NCBI GenBank assembly: GCA_002269645.1
Contig: NIVC01003385.1
Coordinates: forward strand, 4,156 to 68,155
Reading direction: 5' to 3'
DNA length: 64,000 nucleotides
Origin: Macrostomum lignano
Lineage: Eukaryota
The notes below the pieces were generated by a model. That model had not been told where the DNA came from and ran no database searches. It saw nothing but the letters and a program-made list of their open reading frames with translations. The position numbers and the translations under genes are program-made. Shown here piece after piece: positions 49,151 through 61,810 of the stretch; the stretch's first letter is position 1, and each line of letters opens with the position of its first letter.

Positions 49151-51229
49151 CCACCTCTGACACCCACCTCACCTCCAAAACCCTGCAGTTTCTGCACGAT
49201 ACGTAGTCTCATCACAATGATGGTCACAACTGCATAATCATTAACTGTTTGCTAATCGTTAACTACGAGCTATAATTTATAGCTTGTCAAAATTTAACGC
49301 ATTTTTTCGCATTTAACCCATTATTGTTACAACCTAAACAAACCAAACGAGAGCTAATTTTTCAAGTGACTGTGTAGAATAGAATTTAATATAATATTTT
49401 TATGTATATTTTGAACTTGGCAGTTGCGAAAACATATGAATTTGATGACACATAGGCACAGGAATTCAGGAAATGTTAGGTCAATTGAAACAAGCGAAGT
49501 TATACGGGCTTATAACTTTAGACGAATCCTATGAGAGAGAATTTTGCTCTAGCCTCAGCAACCCCTAACTCCGGCTTCGACAACTTTGTCGATGGTCCAT
49601 CCAAGTGGGTCCTCTGGTTGCTTAATGGATCGATCAACCAGAGAATAGGGAGAGAGGAAGTGCAAGTCAGCGCACATGTAAAGAGCATTTTGGAGCGACA
49701 GAGATCAGAAACTGAGAAACTTTGGCAATAAACAGAGTCAGTTATTTACAGTCACGCGGGGCGGCAAAGTTTACACTGCAAAATCTATGCGACGGCTACT
49801 ATACTCATGTAAAATCAATCGATTACCCGAACCTAATCGACTGCAACGTCGGAGTGGATGTACAGCAGAGCCTATACTCTATACATGTAGTAGATGCTTA
49901 TGCCTTAGGAAGCATTTCTCTGCCTTTCCATCGATCACTCAAACAGTATGCGGCATTGTGGTAGTTGAGTGGCGGTGCGCCGGTGTCCATGGAGCAACCA
50001 GAAGCGCCAGCAGTTGCATCAGGGGCGCCAGCAGTCGCAGCAGAGACGCCCGGCATCACAGATTTCGTGCAAAACAGTTTTACTACCCCCTACTGTCTAG
50101 TCTTTGGTGGGCGCTGAAAATCTTTATGGGGTACGGGCCAGTGGCGGGATGGGTGTCGCGCATGTAGGAGATGTCAGGCTTTGGGGACCTCGGCGTCAGT
50201 GGGGGCGCCATAAACCCGGTAAAAATTTTCTTTAAACATTTTTAGTTAGGGATTTACGGAAAAATTACCAATTCATAACCGAAATTGGGCGGGGGGGGGG
50301 CGGCCCCAAATCGATCCGCCCTTGGCGATCACCTTATATGGACTTCTAAGTTCTAAATCAAGCAAGTAGGTGCACGTGCACTGTCCGAGGTCACCCGACG
50401 ACAACCGGCTAGCCGGGCCAAAAGCTTACAAAATCATCGGGCTAACCGGCAGGAAAGCGCGCTCTCGAGCTCTCGCTTCTCCCGGCTAGACGGGCCCAAA
50501 GCGCGCTCCCATACAATCAAATGGGAGTGTATCAATTGAAAGCTTTTAACGGGTGTTTAATAACAATTTGCAGTAGAAAAATCGACGTTTGTTAATATTA
50601 ATTCGCTTGTATGTAATTTGAAAACAAAATTTACAGGAATGAGCTAGGGTTCCTGTGTTCAACGTTCAACAAAAGCTTTTAAGGCATATTTGTTGTGCTA
50701 GTGCTACTGTGCATTGCTGTGCTGGCCTATGCACTAGACTAAACAAGTGAAGGCTTCGTGTACAAGATAAATGAAAGGAGCTTTTCTTAAATTTCTTGTG
50801 CATTATTATGTGATTGCTTAAGTAATTTTGTTCTATAGTTTAAAGCCTGTCACGTGTCAGTTAATTAATAATACAGGCATTTGAAATATAAATGTAGGTT
50901 ACAGCAGCTTACTGTAACTTATAAGCTGCTTTTATTCAATTATAAAAAGGCTTCAATTCAATTAAATTCTATTTATTTAGCTATAGCCCTATGTATGTAG
51001 GAAAGCCTATTGAGCACTAAGCCTTGGCCTAGCTTATTGACTTGGTCTTAGGCCTAATGAATAGATTTAGCTAACTTACTAGATAAAAGCCTTAAAATTT
51101 TTGTTTTTTTCTATCTATCTACTTTATGTATACCAATAGGCCTAGACTAAATAACAAACTATAAAACTAAGCCTACAATATTTTATATCAAATGCCTGAT
51201 GTTTGACTTATTTTCCTTTCCTTAGTTCC

Positions 51230-53125
51230 CCTCTCCCCTAACCTTGGATTTCCTCCTTCTAACCCTAGCTTCTCTCCCCTGACCACTGGCTTCTCTCCCC
51301 CTGACCACTGGCTTCTCTCCCCCTGACCCCTCCCTGGCTTCCCTCTATCCTAACCCTTGGCTTCCCTCCCTTGACCTTGGCTTCCCTCCCCCTGACCCTG
51401 GCTTCTCTCCTTACTGACCCCTGATTTCCCTCCCCTGACCCTGGCTTCTCTTCCCTTGACCCTGGCTTCTTTCCTCCCCTGACCCTGGCTTCTCTCTTCC
51501 CCTGACCCTGGCTTCTCTCCTCCCCTGACCCTGGCTTCCTTCCCCTAACCCTGGCTTCTCTCCCCTTGACCCTGGCTTCTCTCCACTTGGCCCTGGCTTC
51601 TGTCCCCCTGACCCTGGCTTCCCTTCCCTGATCCTGGCTTCCCTCCCTTGACCCTGGCTTCTCTCCTCCCCTGAACCTGGCTTCTCTCCCCTGACCCTGG
51701 CTTCTTTCTGCCTCGCCTGGTTTTTCTCCTTATTGACCCCTGGCTTCTCTCCCCCTGACCCTGGCTTCCCTCCCTTGACTCTAGCTTTTCTCCCCCTGAC
51801 CCTGGCTTCCCTCCCTTGACTCTAGCTTTTCTCCCCTGACCCTGGCTTCTCTCCGCCTGGCCTTGGCTTTCCTCCCTTGACCCTGGCTTCTCTCCCCTGA
51901 CCCTGGCTTCCCTCCCCTTACCCTGGCTTCTCTCCCCCTGACCCTTGCTTCTCTCCGCCTGGCCTGGCTTTTCTCCTTACTGACCCTGGCTTCTCTCTCC
52001 CTGACCCTGGCTTTCCTCCCTTGACCCTGGCTTCTCTCCCCCTGACCCTGGCTTCCTCCCCTTACCCTGGCTTCCTCCCCTGACCCTTGCTTCTCTCCGC
52101 CTGACCTGGCTTTTCTCCTTACTGACCCCTGGCTTCTCTCTCCCTGACCCTGGCTTCCCTCCCCTGACCCTGGCTTCTCTCCCTGGCCTTGGCTTCCCTC
52201 CCTTGACCCTGGCTTCTCTCCCCTGACCCTCGCTTCCTTCCTCTGACCCTGGCTTCTCTCCTCCCCTGACCCTAGCTTCTCTCCCCTGACCCTGGCTTCC
52301 TTCTCCTGACCCTGGCTTCTCTCCTCTTCTGACCCTAGCTTCTCTCCCCTGACCCTGGCTTCCTTCCCCTGACCCTGGCTTCCTTCCCTTGACCCTGGCT
52401 TCCCTCCCTTGACCCTGGCTTCTCTCCACTTGGCCCTGGCTTCTCTCCCCTGACCCTGGCTTCCCTCCCGACCCTGGCTTCCTCCCTCCCTGGCTTCTCT
52501 CCCCTGACCCTGGCTTCCTCCCTGACCCTGGCTTCCCTTACTGACCCTGGCTTCCTCCCTCCTGACCCTGGCTTCTCTCCTCCCCTGACCCTGGCTTCTC
52601 TCCCTCCTGACCCTGGCTTCTCTCCTCCCCTGACCCTGGCTTCTCTCTCCCTGACCCTGGCTTCCCTCCCCTGACCCTGGTTTCTCTCCCCCTGACCTTG
52701 GCTTCCCTCCCTTGACCCTGACTTCTCTCCTCCCCTGACCCTGGCTTTTCTCCTTGACCCTGACTTCTCTCTCCCTGACCCTGGCTTTTCTCCCTGACCC
52801 TGGCTTCCTCTCCCCTGACCCTGGCTTCCTCCCCTGACCCTGGCTTCCTCCCCTGACCCTGGCTTCCCTCCCCTGACCCTGGCTTCCCTCCCCTGACCCT
52901 GGCTTCCCTCCCCTGACCCTGGCTTCCCTCCCCTGACCCTGGCTTCCCTCTTTACTGACCCCTGGCTTCTCTTTCCCTAACCCTGGCTTCCCTCCCCTGA
53001 CCCTGGCTTCCCTCCCCTGACCCTGGCTTCCCTCCCTCTTGACCCCTGGATTCCCTCCCTCCTGACCCCTGTTTCCTTCCCTCTTGACCCATGGCTCCCT
53101 CTCTCCTGACCCCTCTTGACCCGTA
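51230..53125. repeat. Degenerate ~20-25-bp tandem repeat (CCCTGACCCTGGCTTCTCTCC) in the left arm
   Basis: Seen directly; reverse complement of 59595-61810. Confidence 0.95.
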
Positions 53126-55774
53126 ACTTCTGCCCTCTTGCTCTGACGTCTGCTGTCTGCTCTACCTTGCTACTTTGCCCCCTGCTTTTCCGTCCTCTGG
53201 TTTTCTGCCCCCTGCTCTGCCCCCGCTGCTTTGCTCCCTGCTGTCTGCTTTTCCGTCCTCTGGTTTTCTGCCCCCTGCTCTGCCCCCGCTGCTTTGCTCC
53301 CTGCTGTCTGCTCTACCCTGCTTCTCCGCCCTCTGCTAAAGTAGTCTCGTATTAGTACCAAGCAGCACAGCTTATTGAAAGCACATTCTTCCTTCAGAAA
53401 AAGCTACCGGTGAAGCCCAGCTGCTGTACCATTGGCACCTTTGCTTTTGCCTCTGGTGCGATTGGCCTAGCAACAAACAAGCAGCTGTTCACCCACAAAA
53501 GCTATCCAAGCGCGAGCTTTCTACTATGTGTGCACACTGAGCTGAAATTAGTTTGTAAGTACCGCCACTATGAGCTCTGATACGCTGACATCTGGTGCAA
53601 CCGTTACGGCCGGGTCTGCCGCTGGTTCCGCTTAAGCAGCCGCCTCAAACATCGCTGCTGCAGCCGAAACTGAAGCTGGCTCCGCCAAAGCTATTTTTTA
53701 ATTCTTTAATATATGTCGTCAATTCTTTTAACATTGAGATCACCGAATTCTGTTAATACATGTTCAGATCTTGTAAAGCTCAACAAAAGCACCCATTTGT
53801 CATCGCCCTTTTCCAATATTGCTACTCGCATTACTCCCTGTGCAATGGGAGCCACACTCGACGTTTTTAGTGTCGTGTTTTTAGGTTGTTTATGGGTGGA
53901 TTTTCTATTTGTAAAAGCATTTTTTCGAGTCAATGCAGTTTGTAACATCGGAGCTTCATATATTTTTGCTGTGATTTCTGAGAGACATTTTTTCGAGACG
54001 ATACTGCTCTGTGACAGGGTGGTGTTCAACGTGTGCCATTTTAATTCAATCCTTGATCACAAAGCTCAGAGCAAGTGCCACTAGACTTCAGTGTCAGGCT
54101 TTCAGTTTAAGCAAATAATCCAAAATAATTTCGGCTGTACCATTGTGGACCAACAATGACCAACCCCTTATACTGTCAAAATCCTGTTGTTTTTACAGGT
54201 TCTTATATTTCTACAAGGAACTGACAGGTGTTTTTTGTTGTTACCGCCAGTTAATTTTTTAAACATTACTGCTCTTCATGAAGACGCGTGCAAAAAATAC
54301 AGATATAAACTTTCATGTTACATACAGTTATGACCAGGAGCTTTCCGATTTTAGTTGGTCATATAATTTTGTCGAAAACTTGGTTTTGTGTTTCTGGAGT
54401 ATTTCCTAAATAGCATGCGCTCCGCAAAATTTTGTTGATTTAGCTTTACACTCCAGAAGTAAATTTTTCTCAGTGAACTCATATTTTATTTCGCTCTTAG
54501 TGGTGCAGCTTAAGCATGTTTCGAATGCTCCCAGCAAGCTGCCGAGAGTTCCTGCACTGGCAAGAAAGGACGCTGCCTTGGTGTAGGGCGCTGAAGTGAA
54601 CAAAAGTGCGCTCGATCGTCAGCGGTGCACATTTGCTGCATGGGCATTCAGTTTTGTGCTGAGCGGTGACGTACGCTTTTTTGAGGGGTCTGCAGTCCAG
54701 GCGGCGTCATGAAGGAGGGAGTGGGTGCTCCTGCTTCTGAGAAGCCCTCAGAGTACTCTGGAGTGAGAGTTCTGCTTCTCACATTCGATGTAGTTGAATA
54801 GTCCCCGCATGCTGGAATATGCACTGTGCCCTTTGACAACCATTGTTATATAAGGTCTTGGTTGCAAGCTTGGTGCTCCTGAATAGACCATGAAATGTCT
54901 GTTAATGGTGTATTAGTAAAAGTGCTCAAGAGAGAAATCTTCATGCGATTCTGATGAGCGCTCACCCTGGTGGGCCATGGGTATTCCGGCTATAGTGGTT
55001 GCATGGAGCAAACCTGAGGCAGGGGTCTAGCAAGGAAGACTCACTTATTGTGTATTAAAAATTTACGCATATTCATACATGTAGGGTCGAATTGGGCTTC
55101 AGCAACGCAGGGAAAGCGGCAAAATAAGGGCGGGGGCTCGCAGCAGTCTACTGATTCAGTCGGACTGCTAGTCTGGGGAGCTGTCAAAACAGCCGATGCG
55201 CGGTGCACCAGCTGCCGATGCTGCTTCAGTCGCCTACCAACCTGTTCGCGCTGCCAGGAGCGAACTACAAATTAAGTTTTCGGCTAGATCCAAGTCATGT
55301 GACGAAACCCGGGGGCTGCCTGAGAATATCTGTAAACCTCTGGGCTCTAGCGCTGAAAATTACCAGCCTCCATGCATGCCTCACATGGACTTCTCCACCT
55401 CTGGATGCTGTTTTGTAGCTGACGTTGCGGTCAAGTTTCAATTATCTCGACAGCGCGGGCCCGCGGGTTGTAATTGTTTGCCGAAGGGCGTAGCCGCCTC
55501 TGCAGTCACTTATGCAGGAGTACACCCGAAAAACTCGACACTACTAGAAATGGCACGTACATGTAACACCCTAATGGACTCTATGCGAGGAGGCATACAA
55601 GGGACGGTTTACTTGTAGTCAGTGCTGGAATCTGGAAATGAGGAATGTAAAGACTTTTGCATAAGGGGGATCTTTAGTTGGTGGGCGACTCTATAGGAAA
55701 TGAAGCTGGGGTTCCCGGCGGGGACCGCGGTGGTTCGGCCTCGCGGGAAAACAAACAATAATAAAACAAATTTG

Positions 55775-56071
55775 TATCACCGCGCCGGCCTGGTGCGTCC
55801 AAGCGACCTGTTGCGCCGTCGGCGACTCCCAGCTGGCAGGCCACATCATCCGCGCCGAATCGTACTGGCCAAAGCAGGTGCAGGAGGTGCTGCTGCTGAC
55901 GCTGCAGGCACCGGCCCTACCGGCGGGGACAGGCGCGCACTCGGCGTTTCGACTCGACTAGCTGCCTGCTGGCTGATGCTGGCGCCCCGGAGCCGGCGGC
56001 GTGGCGTTCATTCGCGACCTGGCTTTGAGGCGCGCCGTGTGACGCTAACTGCGTATTCTGTTGTTGTTGTT
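55775..56071 (+). mobile_element. 5'-truncated LINE 3' end (RTE-like)
   Basis: PSDLLRRRRLQLAGHIIRAESYWPKQVQEVLLLTLQAP...RGQARTRRF...LADAGAP...VAFIRDLALRRAV* followed by a (GTT)n tail. Confidence 0.7.
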
Positions 56072-57399
56072 CTGGTACGTGGCGGCTATGCCTTTTGGCG
56101 TGTACCTATAAAAAACCCGGATCAGCCGCTAGTTTTGTTCAGGGGAGCTTGACCACTAATCAAGCATACTCTATCAACAGCTGAGAGTGTTCAACTAAAT
56201 TACAGCAGGATGCATACTATAGAGGGCGAGTTCTAGGGAGTCTTCACTGGAATCAATGTATAATCGCTTGTACTTCTTCGTACGTACGTATGGTCAAGTC
56301 ACTTGGCTATTATTCTGTTACATGTAATTTCTAGCTCATGTAACTGTATATATGATGTATGGGATGTACGTATATGATACATGTGTAGATCACAGTTTGT
56401 GAGTTCCACAAGTCATAAATAATGTTACCAATATGGCATGATAAACATGGCCATGTACATGTATGCGCCTTATTTGTAGGTAGAAACTGTGTTCAGGTAT
56501 ATTCTATTGTATGTCAATACATTTTGCACTTACATGTATAGTCGTAGAGTTCACGTCCTGGAAAGCAATTACTCGTAGCACACGTGCATGAAGCTGTGAT
56601 TCTTATTTTAAAGAAGATTCTTAACTAAATTTCTTAACAGTCCAGAGGTGCACGCACTAAATTCAGGGAACGGCAGGAGTCGCATGCGGACGTCCGTTCT
56701 GTCTTCCGTGTACTTCCATGTATACGTATTAATATAAGAAATTCCATTGAAGCCATTCAGAATCGCTTCCGTACTTTATTGGTGCCCTCTCAAGTGCTAA
56801 TGACCCCTCCTCGCTACGCCCCAACATTGGCACCTACACAGAACACACTAACACCTACCTCATTTTTTAATGAGTTGCATAGCGCTATGCGTGATGAAGT
56901 ACTGTACGAGTAACGCAAGTTACCATCGATAATAATCTCAAAATTCTATCCCTTTTCTAACAGCCCGAAATACATGAACTCGATCCAATATATCGACGAG
57001 CTACAGTGTATAGTGCATGTGTATCGATTTATACCACTTTCTAGAATGTATCCTATTGTACACCACACCACTCAACACCCACCACACCACCTTACTCAAT
57101 GCAGGTACATTATATCGCAGAAGTCACATAAGCGCTGGAAGAAATATTTATTAAATTGTTAGAAATCGACAGTAACTCGTACATGTACAAGGGTACATAC
57201 GTAATTGTATGTGGCGCTTTCATCAATAAGGCTTTTTAGCATGTCCAAGTTTTTTAAACAAACGAACTAAAACAAGTTTATTAGAGCATACTTAAGGTCT
57301 TAAAAATAGCGTCACACAGCTATATTCCCCTAGTACAGGAAGTTCCCAAAGCACTTCTCTGGCTAGAGTTGGCGCCAGAGGAACTCGCTAAGATGGGAC

Positions 57400-57757
57400 T
57401 CAAAAAAGGTCGTCACTAGCGCCATGCTGGCTGCAAAACTTCGCCTTCACGAGTGCCCAGGTGCCTTCGATGTTGTTTGTGGACACAGTTGGATCGTTCG
57501 GATCAACGAAATGCAGACGGTGATTGACAAACACCTGGGGAAGCGCACTATATACCTGCCAGCCGTCAGTTAAAATGCGTGTCCCAGGCAACACACTGCT
57601 GAATAATCTGACTCAGCAGAACGGTTGGGTACTTGTACCATCATGCATTTGCGTGTACCTTGCTCGACCATCCCAAGCACCCAGTGGCCCTCGCGGTATG
57701 CTCCCTGGTGGTATTTGCGATGAAAAAATTGGACTCATCCACTTCAACTTCTCTTCC
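57400..57757 (-). pseudogene. Merlin (IS1595/ISXO2-like) DDE transposase fragment, frameshifted
   Basis: REVEVDESNF-HRKYHQGAYREGHWVLGMVEQGTRKCMMVQVPNRS...VLPGTRILTDGWQVYSAL...VNHRLHFVDP...TNNIEGTWALVK. Confidence 0.85.
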
Positions 57758-58132
57758 GTTTATTGGCTTTTTATTGCAAACAAAAAAGAACAATTATTTC
57801 TCAGTTTTTGTACAACATATACTTTATTTTTCTCGCTCATCGCACATTCCATTGTCAGCTACTAGTATTTTCTCTTTGTCGTTTGTCAAAAAATGGCACA
57901 ATTCAGGTACACTAAATGGCACACTATAATAAAAAACGAGAAAAGAACACGGACAATTCGATTTAACAATTCCAAAAGACTTAGCAACAGCCGCAAAAAC
58001 GAACGTACCACGACGTGAACACCTACAAGTCAACTTATGATTTTTTGACCAAAATATAAAATACGCAGAAGGTACAAGTTGTCAGTTCAGCCACACTGTT
58101 AGAGCGCGACGACAGTCCTTTGGTCAAACCTC

Positions 58133-58925
58133 TCAGCTCTCAACTTCCGCCACCTTCCCGCTCTCAGCTCATGCCACCTTCCCGCTCTCAGCTCATGCCA
58201 CCTTCCCGCTCTCAGCTCATGCCACCTTCCCGCTCTCAGCTCCCGCCACCTTCCCGCTCTCAGCTCCCGCCACCTTCCCGCTCTCAGCTCCCGCCACCTT
58301 CCCGCTCTCAGCTCCCGCCACCTTCCCGCTCTCAGCTCATGCCACCTTCCCGCTCTCAGCTCCCGCCACCTTCCCGCTCTCAGCTCCCGCCACCTTCCCG
58401 CTCTCAGCTCATGCCACCTTCCCGCTCTCAGCTCCCGCCACCTTCCCGCTCTCAGCTCATGCCACCTTCCCGCTCTCAGCTCCCGCCACCTTCCCGCTCT
58501 CAGCTCCCGCCACCTTCCCGCTCTCAGCTCATGCCACCTTCCCGCTCTCAGCTCCCGCCACCTTCCCGCTCTCAGCTCCCGCCACCTTCCCGCTCTCAGC
58601 TCCCGCCACCTTCCCGCTCTCAGCTCATGCCACCTTCCCGCTCTCAGCTCCCGCCACCTTCCCGCTCTCAGCTCCCGCCACCTTCCCGCTCTCAGCTCAT
58701 GCCACCTTCCCGCTCTCAGCTCCCGCCACCTTCCCGCTCTCAGCTCCGCCACCTTCCCGCTCTCAGCTCATGCCACCTTCCCGCTCTCAGCTCCCGCCAC
58801 CTTCCCGCTCTCAGCTCATGCCACCTTCCCGCTCTCAGCTCCCGCCTCACCTTCCCGCTCTCAGCTCCCGCCACCTTCCCGCTCTCAGCTCCCGCCACCT
58901 TCCCGCTCTCAGCTCCCGCCACCTG
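58133..58925. repeat. 24-bp minisatellite (CAGCTC[CC/AT]GCCACCTTCCCGCTCT), ~33 copies in two variants
   Basis: Seen directly; explains the SQLPPPSR/RWRELRAG ORFs. Confidence 0.97.
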
Positions 58926-59594
58926 CCAGCTCCTGCCAAAATTAGATATGGCTTGTCAATGTATGGCTTTTGTGTTATGGCTATTGGTGACTTGTGAAAC
59001 CTCACTAACGGTGATCGGAAGTACTAATGCGTGTATATGTGCATGCATAGAGTACATGAGCAAGAAACTAACAAGTTATGGATAAAAGTAGAGCAAGGGT
59101 AAAAGGTACAGATAAACAAAGTTAAAAAAATTGACTGTAAATAAAGCTAACATGAACTGTCAATGATACGAATTTCCATTTGCTGACAGCTCAAGACAAA
59201 ATGCTTTCAACGACCGTTCCATTCTGAGCTAACTTTGATACGATCACCGCATTGCTGAAGATTTTGGTACGCTTTGCACCGACTGTAGCGTTCGAGGCGG
59301 CTGTTCGAGCAGAACCAGTGGCAGTCCCGGCCGCAGCAGCGTTGTTCGAGACGGTGACCAAAGCAAAGGTGCCAATGGTACAGCAGCTGGGCTTCACCGG
59401 TAGCTTTTTCTGAAGGAAGAATATGCTTTCAATAAGCTGTGCTGCTTGGTACTAATACGAGACTACTTTAGCAGAGGCGGAGAAGCAGGGTAGAGCAGAT
59501 AGCAGGGAGGGCAGAGCAGGAAGCAAAGCCGTGCGGACAGAGCAGAGGGCAGAAAACCAGGAGGCAGACCAGGGGGGAAAGAGCAAGGAGGCAG

Positions 59595-61810
59595 AGCCAC
59601 TGGTCAGGAGTGAGGGAAGCCAGGGTCAGGGAGAGAGAAGCCAGGGGTCAGTAAGGAGAAAAGCCAGGCCAGGCGGAGAGAAGCCAGGGTCAGGGGGAGA
59701 GAAGCTAGGGTCAAGAGAGGGAAGCCAGGGTCAGGGGAGAGAAGCCAGGGTCAAGGGAGGAAAGCTAGAGTCAAGGGAGGGAAGCCAGGGTCAGGGGAAG
59801 AGAAGCCAGGGTCAGGGGAGGAGAGAAGCCAGGGTCAAGGAGGGAAGCCAGGGTCAAGGGAAGGAAGCCAGGGTCAGGGGAAGGAAGCCAGGGTCAGGGG
59901 ACAGAAGCCAGGGCCAAGTGGAGAGAAGCAAGGGTCAAGGGGAGAGAAGCTAGGGTCAAGAGAGGGAAGCCAGGGTCAGGGGAGAGAAGCCAGGGCCAAG
60001 TGGAGAGAAGCCAGGGTCAAGGGGAGAGAAGCCAAAGTCAGGGGAAGGAAGCCAGGGTCAGGGGGACAGAAGCCAGGGCCAAGTGGAGAGAAGCCAGGGT
60101 CAAGGGGAGAGAAGCCAAAGGAAGCCAGGGTCAAGGGAGGGAAGCCAGGGTCAAGGGAAGGAAGCCAGGGTCAGGGGAAGGAAGCCAGGGTCAGGGAAAG
60201 GAAGCCAGGGTCAGGGGGACAGAAGCCAGGGCCAAGTGGAGAGAAGCCAGGGTCAAGGGGAGAGAAGCCAGGGTGAGGGAAGAGAGAAGCCAGGGGTCAG
60301 TAAGGAGAGAAGCCAGGGTCAGGGGAGGAGAGAAGTCAGGGTCAAGGGAGGGAAGCCAAGGTCAGGGGGAGAGAAACCAGGGTCAGGGGAGGGAAGCCAG
60401 GGTCAGGGAGAGAGAAGCCAGGGTCAGGGGAGGAGAGAAGCCAGGGTCAGGGGAGGAGAGAAGCCAGGGTCAGGGAGGAGAGAAGCCAGGGTCAGGAGGG
60501 AGGGAAGCCAGGGGTCAGTAAGGAGAAAAGCCAGGGCCAGGCAGAGAGAAGCCAGGGTCAGGGGAGGGAAGCCAGGATCAGGGGGCCGGGAGGGAAGCCA
60601 GGGTCAGGGGGAGAGAAGCCAGGGCCAAGTGGAGAGAAGCCAGGGTCAAGGGAGGGAAGCCAGGGTCAAGGGAAGGAAGCCAGGGTCAGGGGAAGGAAGC
60701 CAGGGTCAGGGGAGAGAAGCTAGGGTCAGAAGAGGAGAGAAGCCAGGGTCAGGAGAAGGAAGCCAGGGTCAGGGGAGAGAAGCTAGGGTCAGGGGAGGAG
60801 AGAAGCCAGGGTCAGAGGAAGGAAGCGAGGGTCAGGGAGAGAAGCCAGGGTCAAGGGAGGGAAGCCAAGGCCAGCGGAGAGAAGCCAGGGTCAGGGGAGG
60901 GAAGCCAGGGTCAGGGAGAGAGAAGCCAAGTAAGGAGAGGAGAGAGAAGCAAGGGTCAGGGGAGGGAAGCCAGGGTAGGGAGGGAGCCAGGGTCAAGGGA
61001 GGAAAGCCAGGGTCAGGGAGAGAGAAGCCAGGGGTCAGTAAGGAGAAAAGCCAGGCCAGGCGGAGAGAAGCAAGGGTCAGGGGGAGAGAAGCCAGGGTAA
61101 GGGGAGGGAAGCCAGGGTCAGGGGGAGAGAAGCCAGGGTCAAGGGAGGAAAGCCAAGGCCAGGCGGAGAGAAGCCAGGGTCAGGGGGAGAAAAGCTAGAG
61201 TCAAGGGAGGGAAGCCAGGGTCAGGGGGAGAAAAGCTAGAGTCAAGGGAGGGAAGCCAGGGTCAGGGGGAGAGAAGCCAGGGGTCAATAAGGAGAAAAAC
61301 CAGGCGAGGCAGAAAGAAGCCAGGGTCAGGGGAGAGAAGCCAGGTTCAGGGGAGGAGAGAAGCCAGGGTCAAGGGAGGGAAGCCAGGATCAGGGAAGGGA
61401 AGCCAGGGTCAGGGGACAGAAGCCAGGGCCAAGTGGAGAGAAGCCAGGGTCAAGGAAGGAGAGAAGCCAGGGTCAGGGGAAGAGAAGCCAGGGTCAGGGG
61501 AGGAGAGAAGCCAGGGTCAGGGGAGAGAGAGAAGCCAGGGTCAGGGGAGGAGAGAAGAGGGTCAGCCAGGGTCAAGGAAGAGGGTCAAGGAAGAGAAGCC
61601 AGGGTCAGGGGAGGGAAATCAGGGGTCAGTAAGGAGAGAAGCCAGGGTCAGGGGGAGGGAAGCCAAGGTCAAGGGAGGGAAGCCAAGGGTTAGGATAGAG
61701 GGAAGCCAGGGAGGGTCAGGGGGAGAGAAGCCAGTGGTCAGGGGGAGAGAAGCCAGTGGTCAGGGGGAGAGAAGCTAGGGTTAGAAGGAGGAAATCCAAG
61801 GTTAGGGGAG
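59595..61810. repeat. Degenerate G-rich tandem repeat (GGAGAGAAGCCAGGGTCAGGG) in the right arm
   Basis: Seen directly; explains ORFs 59531-61693. Confidence 0.95.

Larger units (their letters stand above)
39299..49207 (+). mobile_element. Polinton/Maverick (adintovirus-like) endogenous element, 9,909 bp, apparent deletion derivative
   Basis: 53-bp TIRs (39299-39351 and 49155-49207, one mismatch, ACTACG...CGTAGT) and an exact 6-bp TSD CTCATC (39293-39298, 49208-49213). Carries integrase-chromodomain, penton-like, core-protein-like and major capsid genes plus the start of a protease gene. Confidence 0.93.

Noticed and set aside
55048-55618. Cys-rich ORFs as a THAP domain of a P/Galileo transposase
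   Set aside because: No C2CH THAP pattern (C..C...FP...W...C..HF) in any frame I could read.
59531-61693. Gly/Arg/Glu-rich ORFs up to 371 aa (and 51977-52429)
   Set aside because: They are translations of the tandem repeats in the foldback arms.
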